Below are positions 9,465 to 18,374 of a stretch of DNA of 61,226 nt, one piece after another. The notes beneath the pieces were generated by a model. That model saw only the letters and a program-made list of their open reading frames with translations. It searched no databases and was not told where the DNA came from. The stretch comes from Bacteroidota bacterium (GTDB lineage Bacteria > Bacteroidota > Bacteroidia > B-17B0 > Aurantibacillaceae), in the NCBI GenBank assembly GCA_947487905.1, contig CANLAV010000001.1, positions 1 to 61,226 of the forward strand, read 5' to 3'. Each line of letters begins with the position of its first letter. Positions within the stretch are counted from its first letter, which is position 1. The position numbers and the translations under genes were made by a program.

Positions 9465-11303
9465 GTGAAAAACACCCTTAGTTTAATTTTTTTTATAGGC
9501 TTATGCTTGGAAATAAAATCCCAAGTTTTCTATCCTGTTGATAGTAGCTATATTTCTGTATTAACACATGAACAAAAAACAAATTATAAGTCATTCAGGT
9601 ATCAAAAAATAGATACATCAATTAGTCATATTCAAAATTACTCACCTCGCAATACGAATGGCAGTTATGGTTTGCCATCCTCACCACTATGCTTTAGATA
9701 CGAAACATTCAGACTTGGTTTTAATTTTTACCGCGTTCCTTATCAAAATGATGTATTCAATTATAATCATATTGTATATCATCAAACAAAGGGTCCATAT
9801 GCTAGTTTAACTGGCATTGCTGGCAGTAAGCAAGAACAGAATTTCGATTTTTTATTTAGCAATACATTAAAAAGTAAATTAAACGTCACATTAGGATTTA
9901 AACGTTACGGTAGTTTAGGGTTTTATAAGCTACAACAAACATTCACCAATAATTTTTATACAACAAGTCATTATAAAAGTAAATCCAATAGATTCGGTTA
10001 CTTTGCTTTTTTTCTGTACAATAAAAATAAACACCTTGAAAATGGTGGGTTAAAATATGATACTGTTTTTAAAGAAAATATCAATATCAATAAACAATTA
10101 TTAGCCTTGAATTTAAGTGCAGCAAAGCGCGAATTAAGACAAACGACCGTTAATTTTAACCCTTGGTATCGCTTAAATAAAATAGAAGATAGCTCAACCG
10201 TTTTTTCACATTACATAAATTATGAAATAGAGTATCAGAGCAATTTTTCGAAATATTTAGATAATGGTATTTCAACTGATAAATATTATCAATTGAATTA
10301 TTTGGATACATTAAAAACAAATGATTCTAGCCATTGGCGTAATTTCTCAAATGCAATACATTATGTGTTAGATATAAAACCTATTCATGCTAAATTACAA
10401 GTAGGTTTTAGAAATGAATTTAACCAAATCTATCAACATGGTTTTGATTCAATGATTAAAAATAATAGTATGCATGCCGGCTTTTATATAAATGAAAAAG
10501 CATATAATGGTTTCATAAAGGCAAGTTATATAGTGAATGGAGGCAATGCAACTGATTATCAATTTGAAATAAATAACGAAGTGATCAAGAAAATGGTTAT
10601 TAAGGATAAATCATTTTCATATAAATTGCTTATTAATTTTTCGAGAGAACAACGGCATCCCGATTATATTTATAATAGGTGGATTAGTAATCACTATCAA
10701 TGGAAAAATAATTTTGTGCCAATTGAAAAAATTCAGTCAACTATTGGTATATCTAGTTTAAATAATCGTTTTGGATTTGGTGTTATATCTCAAAACATAA
10801 AGAATCAAATTTACCTGAATGAGCTTGTTTCCCCCGAACAAACATCCGCAACGATTCAAAATATGACTGCATTTATTTATAAAGATTTTTTAGTACTAAA
10901 ACATGTAGGTTTAAATGTAAAATATAATTACCAATCATCTTCCTATCAAGCAATCACTTCTTTGCCATCGCATATTTTTAATTCCGCATTATTTTACCAA
11001 GGAGCTTTATTTAAAAATGCCTTACAACTTCAAGTTGGTTTTAATGCCACGTATTTCAGCGAATTTAATGGCATGGCTTATTCACCTGCTTTAAATATGT
11101 ATTACGTTCAAACTAAAAAAAACGTTGGAAATTATCCTTATGTTGATTTCTTTATAAACGCACGAATTAAACCGGTTCAATTTTTTATTAAAATTGATCA
11201 TGTTTCGCAAGGCTTTTTTGGCAGCAATTACAGCCTCACCCCAAATTATATTCAAAATGATAGAGCCTTTAAATTTGGTATAAATTGGTTGTTTTTTGAT
11301 TAG
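9465..11303 (+). CDS. Putative outer-membrane beta-barrel protein (Bacteroidota putative-porin-like), function unknown
   Basis: GTG start with a signal peptide (MKNTLSLIFFIGLCLEIKSQ). Y/N/F-rich alternating pattern and an aromatic C-terminus (GINWLFFD). No catalytic motif seen. Confidence 0.45.
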   Translation: MKNTLSLIFFIGLCLEIKSQVFYPVDSSYISVLTHEQKTNYKSFRYQKIDTSISHIQNYSPRNTNGSYGLPSSPLCFRYETFRLGFNFYRVPYQNDVFNYNHIVYHQTKGPYASLTGIAGSKQEQNFDFLFSNTLKSKLNVTLGFKRYGSLGFYKLQQTFTNNFYTTSHYKSKSNRFGYFAFFLYNKNKHLENGGLKYDTVFKENININKQLLALNLSAAKRELRQTTVNFNPWYRLNKIEDSSTVFSHYINYEIEYQSNFSKYLDNGISTDKYYQLNYLDTLKTNDSSHWRNFSNAIHYVLDIKPIHAKLQVGFRNEFNQIYQHGFDSMIKNNSMHAGFYINEKAYNGFIKASYIVNGGNATDYQFEINNEVIKKMVIKDKSFSYKLLINFSREQRHPDYIYNRWISNHYQWKNNFVPIEKIQSTIGISSLNNRFGFGVISQNIKNQIYLNELVSPEQTSATIQNMTAFIYKDFLVLKHVGLNVKYNYQSSSYQAITSLPSHIFNSALFYQGALFKNALQLQVGFNATYFSEFNGMAYSPALNMYYVQTKKNVGNYPYVDFFINARIKPVQFFIKIDHVSQGFFGSNYSLTPNYIQNDRAFKFGINWLFFD

Positions 11304-11356
11304 TATAAATTGATATTAATTTATTAATTTAGCCTACATTAAAAAATAAAATCCAT

Positions 11357-12430
11357 ATGTCGAAAATTCATAATTTTAGTGCAGGTCCAGGTATTTTACC
11401 TTTAGAAGTATTACAACAAGCATCTGATGCGTGTTTAAATTTTGATAATTTAAATTTATCATTACTCGAAATTTCTCATCGTAGTAAAAACTATGAAGCT
11501 GTTATTGATGAATCTCATCAATTAATAAAAGATTTATTTGAAGTGGGCGACGATTATGATGTGATGTATTTAGGAGGTGGAGCAAGTCTTCAGTTTGCCA
11601 TGGTTCCTTATAATTTATTAAGAGAAAGTGGCACTGCTGCCTATGTAAATACAGGCGTTTGGGCAACTAAAGCGATTAAAGAAGCTAAAATTATCGGTAA
11701 TACGAATGTGATTGCTTCATCTGAGGATAAAAATTTTAGTTATATCCCAAAAGGATATGAAGTTCCGAAAGATGCAGATTATCTGCATATCACATCAAAT
11801 AATACAATTTACGGAACACAATTAAAAGAATTTCCTAAGTGCGATATTCCTTTAGTGTGTGATATGAGTTCAGATATTTTCAGTCGCAAAATTAACTCAA
11901 AGGATTTTTCATTAATTTATGCTGGAGCACAAAAAAATATAGGACCTGCTGGAAGTACCATGATTATGGTTAAAAAAGGTATTTTAGGTAAAACAGGCCG
12001 TAAAATGTTATCCATGTTGGACTATCAAGTGCATATCAAAGGTGGAAGCATGTACAATACGCCACCTGTATTTCCTATTTACGTAACGATGTTAACGCTA
12101 CGTTGGTTAAAAGAGCACGGCGGAGTTAGTTGGATTGAAGGAATCAATCAACAAAAGGCTGATTTATTGTATAATGAAATTGATAGAAATACGCAATTCG
12201 TTGGTACAACGGCGAAAGAAGATAGAAGTAATATGAATGCGTGTTTTCTTCTAAACAAAGTTGAATTAGAACCTGAATTTGATAAATTAGTAAAAGAAGC
12301 TAATATTAGCGGAATTAGAGGACATAGAGATGTTGGTGGTTACAGAGCATCTATGTATAATGCGCTACCGTTAGAAAGTGTGCAGGTGTTAGTGGATGTG
12401 ATGAAACATTTTGAATCTAAGTTTGCTTAG
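11357..12430 (+). CDS. serC: Phosphoserine aminotransferase
   Basis: HNFSAGPGILP N-terminus. GAQKNIGPAG contains the PLP lysine. 357 aa. Confidence 0.9.
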   Translation: MSKIHNFSAGPGILPLEVLQQASDACLNFDNLNLSLLEISHRSKNYEAVIDESHQLIKDLFEVGDDYDVMYLGGGASLQFAMVPYNLLRESGTAAYVNTGVWATKAIKEAKIIGNTNVIASSEDKNFSYIPKGYEVPKDADYLHITSNNTIYGTQLKEFPKCDIPLVCDMSSDIFSRKINSKDFSLIYAGAQKNIGPAGSTMIMVKKGILGKTGRKMLSMLDYQVHIKGGSMYNTPPVFPIYVTMLTLRWLKEHGGVSWIEGINQQKADLLYNEIDRNTQFVGTTAKEDRSNMNACFLLNKVELEPEFDKLVKEANISGIRGHRDVGGYRASMYNALPLESVQVLVDVMKHFESKFA

Positions 12431-12486
12431 TGCAAATACTGAAGTCATATTCATACAATAAATACAAGTCGGTTTCGTTTTTTAAG

Positions 12487-13149
12487 ATGAAATGTATCAT
12501 TGTATGGTTCGTGTCCTTCTCTGCTTTGTCTGCATTAGCTCAAGAAGACATTAAGGTAACAAGTTTGCCTAAATTTTCTATCCGTGCCAATGTTGGTATT
12601 CCAAAAGTGGCATCAAGCAAAGCGCTTCGAAGTTCATTTTCAGGAGTTTCTTCATTGGATATAAATCTTAACTATAAATTATTTGGAGGTTTTTTTGCAG
12701 GCATTGGTTTCAATCATGTGTATTATAAATCACAAAAACACTTTAGAGAACAATTTATCAATACCTCTATGCAAATGCAAAATGGTTATTTGAAAATTGG
12801 CTACGATCATTTTTTTAGCGATAGAGGATTTGCTACTATGAGTTTGAATACTGGATTTGGTTCAACTCAGTTTTCTGCTATTAAATACAAAAATGATTCT
12901 TTGATAGGAAAGTATCCAACCCGTTTTACAAGTTCATTTATGGAGCCTTCTTTAGCCCTTAATTTTTTAGTAGAATCTAATTTTGCTTTTGGAGGTTATA
13001 TCTCTTACCATTATAATTTTTCTCAATTTAATCCAGCTTATGCAGGCTTTGATAAATGGCTCGATTACACGCGTATTAGTAATAAATGGAATACAAGTTT
13101 AATTACGATTGGTTTTGGTTTTTATTACGCTTTAGGAAAAGTTAATTAA
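12487..13149 (+). CDS. Hypothetical outer-membrane beta-barrel protein
   Basis: ATG at 12487 gives a signal peptide (MKCIIVWFVSFSALSALAQ). Alternating hydrophobic/aromatic strands. The GTG at 12430 in the ORF track overlaps the serC stop and is less likely. Confidence 0.5.
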   Translation: MKCIIVWFVSFSALSALAQEDIKVTSLPKFSIRANVGIPKVASSKALRSSFSGVSSLDINLNYKLFGGFFAGIGFNHVYYKSQKHFREQFINTSMQMQNGYLKIGYDHFFSDRGFATMSLNTGFGSTQFSAIKYKNDSLIGKYPTRFTSSFMEPSLALNFLVESNFAFGGYISYHYNFSQFNPAYAGFDKWLDYTRISNKWNTSLITIGFGFYYALGKVN

Positions 13150-13155
13150 ATAGTT

Positions 13156-13719
13156 ATGACAAACATCGCCATTTTTGCATCAGGAGGAGGAACAAACGCC
13201 GAAAATTTATTTCAGTATTTTAATAATGATAAACGCGTAAAAATAAAATTAGTTGTTACTAATAATGAAAAAGCCGGTGTTATCGAAAGAGCAGAACGTT
13301 ATAAAAAAAATGTTCAATTGATTAGTAAGACCGCATTGAATGAATACACGGATAAAATCATTGAATTTTTAGAAACTGAAAAAATAGATTTTATTGTCTT
13401 AGCAGGCTTTTTGTTAAAAATGCCAGAAGCGTTTATCAAAGCATTTCCAAATAAAATAATAAACATTCATCCTTCGTTATTGCCAAAATACGGTGGAAAG
13501 GGAATGTATGGTGCATTTGTTCACGAAGCAGTCATTGCCAATAAAGAAACTAAAAGTGGAATTACAATTCATTTTGTGAATGAAGAATACGATAAAGGCG
13601 AAATTATTTTACAGAAAGAATGTGCTTTAGATGAGTTTGATACGCCTGAATCCTTAGCGAAAAAAATTCATGAATTAGAAATGGAATTTTTACCAAAAGC
13701 GATTGAAACCTTATTGTAG
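13156..13719 (+). CDS. purN: Phosphoribosylglycinamide formyltransferase
   Basis: IAIFASGGGTNAE and INIHPSLLPKYGGKGMYG are PurN active-site motifs. Confidence 0.9.
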   Translation: MTNIAIFASGGGTNAENLFQYFNNDKRVKIKLVVTNNEKAGVIERAERYKKNVQLISKTALNEYTDKIIEFLETEKIDFIVLAGFLLKMPEAFIKAFPNKIINIHPSLLPKYGGKGMYGAFVHEAVIANKETKSGITIHFVNEEYDKGEIILQKECALDEFDTPESLAKKIHELEMEFLPKAIETLL

Positions 13720-13722
13720 TTT

Positions 13723-14436
13723 TTATTTACCTTCTTCTTTCCATCTGTAATAACAGTCCATCACACGATAATACAAATCGTACCCTTCGGTATTTATGAT
13801 GAAGTCATTACTTAAATAATAGCAGTATTTCCTGAATTTTTCAAAATCAATCGTTTCATCGCCAGTTAGTTTACGAAGGGTTTCGCCATTAAATTTTTTC
13901 CCTACTTCTTCTTGAATAAATATCTCTTCAAAAATTTTCGCTAATTTTTTTTGTTCTTTTCCTTTTTTGCTAAATTCCATATATAATGCACTAATCGGAC
14001 TTTCAATTGCATTAATAGTTTTTATCTTAGAATTTGAAATAACACGTTTCATGTAATCCCTTTCGTAAGGTTTTAATTTAAATTCACTAACAACGACTTG
14101 ATTTATTTTATAGGTAGTTTCATTCATAATGACTTTGCACAACTTATCAATTCCTATAAATAGTTTTTTTACTGGTATTTTCAACCGATGATAACCAATA
14201 AAAGAAAATAATAAAGAGTCTGAAAGGTTAGCCGTAATAGAGAATTCACCATTCATATCACTCAATTGACCTTGTCCGGTTCGCGTGTTGATGACATAGG
14301 CAAAGGGCATCACGGTGGCGCTATCAGAACTAACAATTGTCCCTTTTAATGAAATTTGTTGAGCTTCTGATTTAAAAACGCACAATAGTCCAATTAAAAA
14401 AGATAAAAGATATGTCGAGTTGTTAAAAAACCTCAT
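13723..14436 (-). CDS. Carboxypeptidase-regulatory-like domain protein, function unknown
   Basis: Signal peptide, then ISLKGTIVSSDSATVMPFAYVIN...GEFSITANLSDSLLFSFIGY, which is CarboxypepD_reg-like. Confidence 0.5.
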   Translation of the reverse strand: MRFFNNSTYLLSFLIGLLCVFKSEAQQISLKGTIVSSDSATVMPFAYVINTRTGQGQLSDMNGEFSITANLSDSLLFSFIGYHRLKIPVKKLFIGIDKLCKVIMNETTYKINQVVVSEFKLKPYERDYMKRVISNSKIKTINAIESPISALYMEFSKKGKEQKKLAKIFEEIFIQEEVGKKFNGETLRKLTGDETIDFEKFRKYCYYLSNDFIINTEGYDLYYRVMDCYYRWKEEGK

Positions 14437-14521
14437 ATTTCAAATATAGATACTTATTCACAATCAGTTGATAATTTAACCTTTTTTATCGCCATTTTTA
14501 GTGTAAATTTATTCCCAAGAT

Positions 14522-15652
14522 ATGGATAATTTTATAGTATCAGCCCGAAAATACCGTCCTCAATTGTTTAATACAGTTGTGGGGCAAAGTCATATTACGG
14601 ATACGTTAAAACAAGCCATTAAAAACGGGAAAGTGGCTCAAGCCTATTTATTCTGCGGCCCGCGCGGTGTTGGTAAAACGACCTGTGCGCGTATTTTCGC
14701 AAAAACGATAAACTGTACCAATCTTACAACCGATGCCGAAGCTTGTGGCGCTTGCGATTCTTGTGTATCATTCGATTCGGGTGCATCATTAAATGTGTAT
14801 GAATTAGATGCGGCATCAAATAATTCGGTTGACGATATTCGAAATTTAGTAGATCAAGTAAGGTTTGCGCCTCAGTTGGGTGATTATAAAGTATATGTGA
14901 TTGATGAGGTTCACATGTTATCACCTTCTGCATTTAATGCATTTTTAAAAACATTAGAAGAGCCACCAAAGCATGCTAAATTTATTTTAGCTACCACAGA
15001 AAAACATAAAATAATCCCAACTATTTTATCACGCTGTCAAGTGTTTAGTTTTAATAGAATTAGACCTGAAGACATTGCTGTTCAATTGGCTCATATTGCC
15101 AAAACGGAGCAAATTACCTACGAACAAGAAGCTTTAAATATCATTGCACAAAAAGCCGATGGAGGTTTGCGCGATGCCTGCTCCATTTTTGATCAGATGG
15201 TTACATTTACAGGTAATCATCTAACATACAAGGCTGTTGTAGAAAATTTACATGTACTTGATTATGAATATTATTTTAAATTAACGGATGCTGTTTTAAA
15301 TAATCGCATGGGCGAAGTGATGGTAACCTTTGATGAGATTTTAAAGAAAGGATTTGATGGTCATAATTTCATCATCGGATTTGGAGAGCATTTGCGTAAT
15401 CTATTAGTTAGCAAAGATCAATTTACGGTTCAATTACTTGAAGTAAGTGATCAATTAAAACAACGTTTTTCTGATCAATCAAAATTGTGTGAGGTACCTT
15501 TTTTACTAAATGCTTTAAATTATATCAGTAAGTGTGACGTTAACTATAAGTCTGCCAAAAATCAGCGACTGCAAGTTGAAATGACGCTTTTACAAATTAA
15601 TAATTTAACTGCCGCACTTTCAAATGCGGAAAAAAAAAAGATGAATTCGTAA
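14522..15652 (+). CDS. dnaX: DNA polymerase III subunit gamma/tau, zero-frame product (376 aa, gamma-like)
   Basis: GPRGVGKTT (Walker A), CGACDSC (Zn module), VIDEVHMLS (Walker B) and SRCQVF (sensor). The frame ends ...AEKKKMNS* three codons after an A10G tract. Confidence 0.9.
   Translation: MDNFIVSARKYRPQLFNTVVGQSHITDTLKQAIKNGKVAQAYLFCGPRGVGKTTCARIFAKTINCTNLTTDAEACGACDSCVSFDSGASLNVYELDAASNNSVDDIRNLVDQVRFAPQLGDYKVYVIDEVHMLSPSAFNAFLKTLEEPPKHAKFILATTEKHKIIPTILSRCQVFSFNRIRPEDIAVQLAHIAKTEQITYEQEALNIIAQKADGGLRDACSIFDQMVTFTGNHLTYKAVVENLHVLDYEYYFKLTDAVLNNRMGEVMVTFDEILKKGFDGHNFIIGFGEHLRNLLVSKDQFTVQLLEVSDQLKQRFSDQSKLCEVPFLLNALNYISKCDVNYKSAKNQRLQVEMTLLQINNLTAALSNAEKKKMNS
15630..15640 (+). promoter_or_regulatory. 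dnaX: A10G homopolymer containing an in-phase A AAA AAG slippery heptamer (15634..15640)
   Basis: Zero-frame codons are gaa|aaa|aaa|aag. The heptamer is the same as the E. coli dnaX recoding site and in the same phase. The -1 frame is open from here to 16239. Confidence 0.6.
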
Positions 15653-16239
15653 ATTCGGCAAACGCTCAAGTTGCTAGCGACACTAATCAAGCAACTACTC
15701 CAGTTGCAAAATTCAATGCCATTCCTCAAATTCAAACAACTCAAACACCTGTCGTTGGGTTTAATGAACTAAAAATTAAATCCCAGTTTTTGTTGAAAGA
15801 AAATGGTGTTCAACAGCCAGTAAGTACTATTAGTGTTTCTGAGGTTGTAATACCTTCCGTCGCTGAAGTTGAAACCGAGTTAACTAGTGAACATGCTTTA
15901 CAGGGTGTTATACAGTTTGCGGAATTAAAATTACAAAGTGGAAATAGACAATTGTATGCCACATTAACATCCAGTAAAATTAGCTTCCATTTTCCAACAA
16001 TCTTGATTGAATTAACTAATGAAGTTCAACGTGAAATGCTTACAACCATTAAGCAAGATATGTTGGATGAAATCAGAACAATTTTAAAAAATAAACAAGC
16101 GCAGTTAGAAATAAAGGTATTAGAAACCGTTGATTCGCTTAAGGCATATAAGCCAATGGATAAATTTAAATTAATGTCTGAAAAGAATCCTATGCTTTTA
16201 GAACTTAAAAAAAGATTTGATTTAGATATCGAATATTAA
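15640..16239 (+). CDS. dnaX: dnaX -1-frame continuation (about 199 aa tau C-terminal region)
   Basis: Frame 1 is open from 15604 to 16239 with no plausible independent start near its 5' end. Joining at the A-tract gives a 572-aa protein, a typical tau length. The tail (...KPMDKFKLMSEKNPMLLELKKRFDLDIEY) looks like a Bacteroidota DnaX C-terminus (from memory). Confidence 0.7.
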   Translation, partial: DEFVNSANAQVASDTNQATTPVAKFNAIPQIQTTQTPVVGFNELKIKSQFLLKENGVQQPVSTISVSEVVIPSVAEVETELTSEHALQGVIQFAELKLQSGNRQLYATLTSSKISFHFPTILIELTNEVQREMLTTIKQDMLDEIRTILKNKQAQLEIKVLETVDSLKAYKPMDKFKLMSEKNPMLLELKKRFDLDIEY

Positions 16240-16309
16240 AGATTCTACAAATTGTAGCAATACACTCCTATAAAACGCATTACTTTTGATTTATAAAAAA
16301 AATCAGAAT

Positions 16310-17692
16310 ATGTCGAAAACAAAAACCTCTTATTTTTGTCAAAGTTGTGGCGCACAGGCTGCTAAATGGGCTGGAAAATGCAATAGTTGCAACGAATGGA
16401 ATACATTGGTTGAAGAAGTCATTCATAAAGAAACTAAGAATGATCGCTTACAATTATTTTCGGCAAGTAAGAATGAAAATCATAAATCAAATCAATCCAT
16501 TTTATTACAAGAAATTGGGATTTCAGAATACCCTCGTATTCCTGTTCCTGGCCAAGAGTTAACACGAGTGTTAGGCGGCGGAATTGTGCCAGGGAGTTTG
16601 GTTTTATTTGGTGGAGAACCAGGCATTGGAAAATCAACCTTGATGTTACAACTTGCGTTGAGGCTAAAGAATTTAAAAGTGCTTTATGTCAGTGGCGAAG
16701 AAAGTGAACAACAAATAAAAATGCGGGCAGAACGTATTGGCGTTACTACCGAAAATTGTTTTATTCTTCAAGAAACAAATACCCAAAATATTTTTACGCA
16801 AATAAATATAGTTCAACCACAATTGGTGGTTATTGATTCTATTCAAACCATACACACGGCTTATATTGATAGTAGCCCCGGAAGTGTAAGTCAGGTGAGA
16901 GAATGTGCTGCTGAGTTTTTACGATTTGCCAAAGAAACAAATGTGCCTGTTTTTATGATTGGCCATATTACAAAAGAGGGAAGTTTGGCAGGTCCAAAAG
17001 TGCTAGAACACATGGTTGATACCGTGTTACAATTTGAAGGCGATAGAAATCATATTTACAGATTACTCCGTGCTACTAAAAACAGGTTTGGAAGCACCAA
17101 CGAAATGGGTATTTACGAAATGAATGGCGACGGTTTGAAAGAGGTTTTAAATCCATCTGAAATTTTAATTACTGATAGAAATGAAGCAACCAGTGGTGTT
17201 GCCATTGCGGCCACATTAGAAGGAAACAGACCGTTACTAATTGAAACACAAGCTTTGGTTAGCACGGCAGCTTATGGCACGCCACAACGCTCCTCAACTG
17301 GTTTTGATTTAAGACGATTATCAATGTTGTTGGCTGTTTTAGAAAAACGCTGTGGATTCAGATTAGGTGCCAAAGATGTGTTTATTAATATTGCTGGAGG
17401 AATAAAAGTAGAAGATCCAGGAATAGACTTAGCATTAGTTTGTGCGGTGTTATCAAGTAACGAAGATTTACCAATTCCTCAAAATGTGTGTTTTGCTGCC
17501 GAAGTAGGATTAACGGGTGAAATTAGACCAGTTAGCAGAATTGAGCAACGTATTTTTGAAGCACAGAAATTAGGATTTGAAAAAATATTTATTTCAACTT
17601 ATAATTTAAAAGGCTTAAATTTAAGGCAGCTAAAAATCGATGTGGTGGCGGTTACTAAAATGGAAGAAGTATTTAGTAAACTGTTTGGATAA
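16310..17692 (+). CDS. radA: DNA repair protein RadA/Sms
   Basis: Zn finger YFCQSCGAQAAKWAGKCNSCNEWNT, Walker A GGEPGIGKSTL, the KNRFG motif and a Lon-like C-terminus. Start set at ATG 16310 (MSKTKTSYFC). Confidence 0.92.
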   Translation: MSKTKTSYFCQSCGAQAAKWAGKCNSCNEWNTLVEEVIHKETKNDRLQLFSASKNENHKSNQSILLQEIGISEYPRIPVPGQELTRVLGGGIVPGSLVLFGGEPGIGKSTLMLQLALRLKNLKVLYVSGEESEQQIKMRAERIGVTTENCFILQETNTQNIFTQINIVQPQLVVIDSIQTIHTAYIDSSPGSVSQVRECAAEFLRFAKETNVPVFMIGHITKEGSLAGPKVLEHMVDTVLQFEGDRNHIYRLLRATKNRFGSTNEMGIYEMNGDGLKEVLNPSEILITDRNEATSGVAIAATLEGNRPLLIETQALVSTAAYGTPQRSSTGFDLRRLSMLLAVLEKRCGFRLGAKDVFINIAGGIKVEDPGIDLALVCAVLSSNEDLPIPQNVCFAAEVGLTGEIRPVSRIEQRIFEAQKLGFEKIFISTYNLKGLNLRQLKIDVVAVTKMEEVFSKLFG

Positions 17693-17749
17693 TTTTTTAA
17701 ACAAATCGCTATCCGTTTTTTTAGTATTTAATTCGAAACAAAAACGGAC

Positions 17750-18361
17750 ATGAATACCTTGATAAAAAAAATGAGTAAGCAACTGGCAAATGCGCTGACT
17801 GAAAATAATTTATTAGAACCAACGCCATTACAACTCAAAATAATTTCAAAAATAAACAGCGGAGCTGATTTAATTATTGAAAGTGAAGATAATTCTGGCA
17901 AAACTACCGCACTTGTTTTAACTACTATTCATAAGTTAAAGGAGCCATTTGAAGATGCAGCTCGAGCATTAATTATTGTTCCGAGTATTGACCATGCCAT
18001 TGAAATGGAAAATCAATTTAAATTATTGTCAGTTGGAACTAAATTAAGAATTCATACAGCACATGAGGGCGGAAAAATTGACAAACAAAATGAAGACATT
18101 TATATTGGCGCCGATGTTGTGATTGGAACACCTAAACGAATCATGGAAATTTATTTTCGTAAGAATATTAATATTACAAAAGTTAAATTGTTTGCGATTG
18201 ATGATACAGAACTTGTCGTTAAGAATTTACATCAAGGCTATATTCATCGTTTAGCAGATAGTTTACCTAAATGTCAGCATTTAATTTTTACGAATGCCTA
18301 TTCTGAAAGAATTGAAGCCATGATTGAAAAGTTTATGGTGGCACCGCAATTAATAAGTTAA
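17750..18361 (+). CDS. Stand-alone, degenerate DEAD-box RecA1-like domain protein (no RecA2 domain)
   Basis: Q-motif-like LEPTPLQ, motif I SEDNSGKTT, motif Ib GTPKRI, motif II IDDTE in place of DEAD. 203 aa, ending where helicase domain 2 would begin. Confidence 0.55.
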   Translation: MNTLIKKMSKQLANALTENNLLEPTPLQLKIISKINSGADLIIESEDNSGKTTALVLTTIHKLKEPFEDAARALIIVPSIDHAIEMENQFKLLSVGTKLRIHTAHEGGKIDKQNEDIYIGADVVIGTPKRIMEIYFRKNINITKVKLFAIDDTELVVKNLHQGYIHRLADSLPKCQHLIFTNAYSERIEAMIEKFMVAPQLIS

Positions 18362-18374
18362 GAATAATTTTTAT

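Noticed and set aside
15562-15744. Antisense 60-aa ORF across the dnaX junction
   Set aside because: It lies opposite two sense frames with clear DnaX content and has a low-complexity product.
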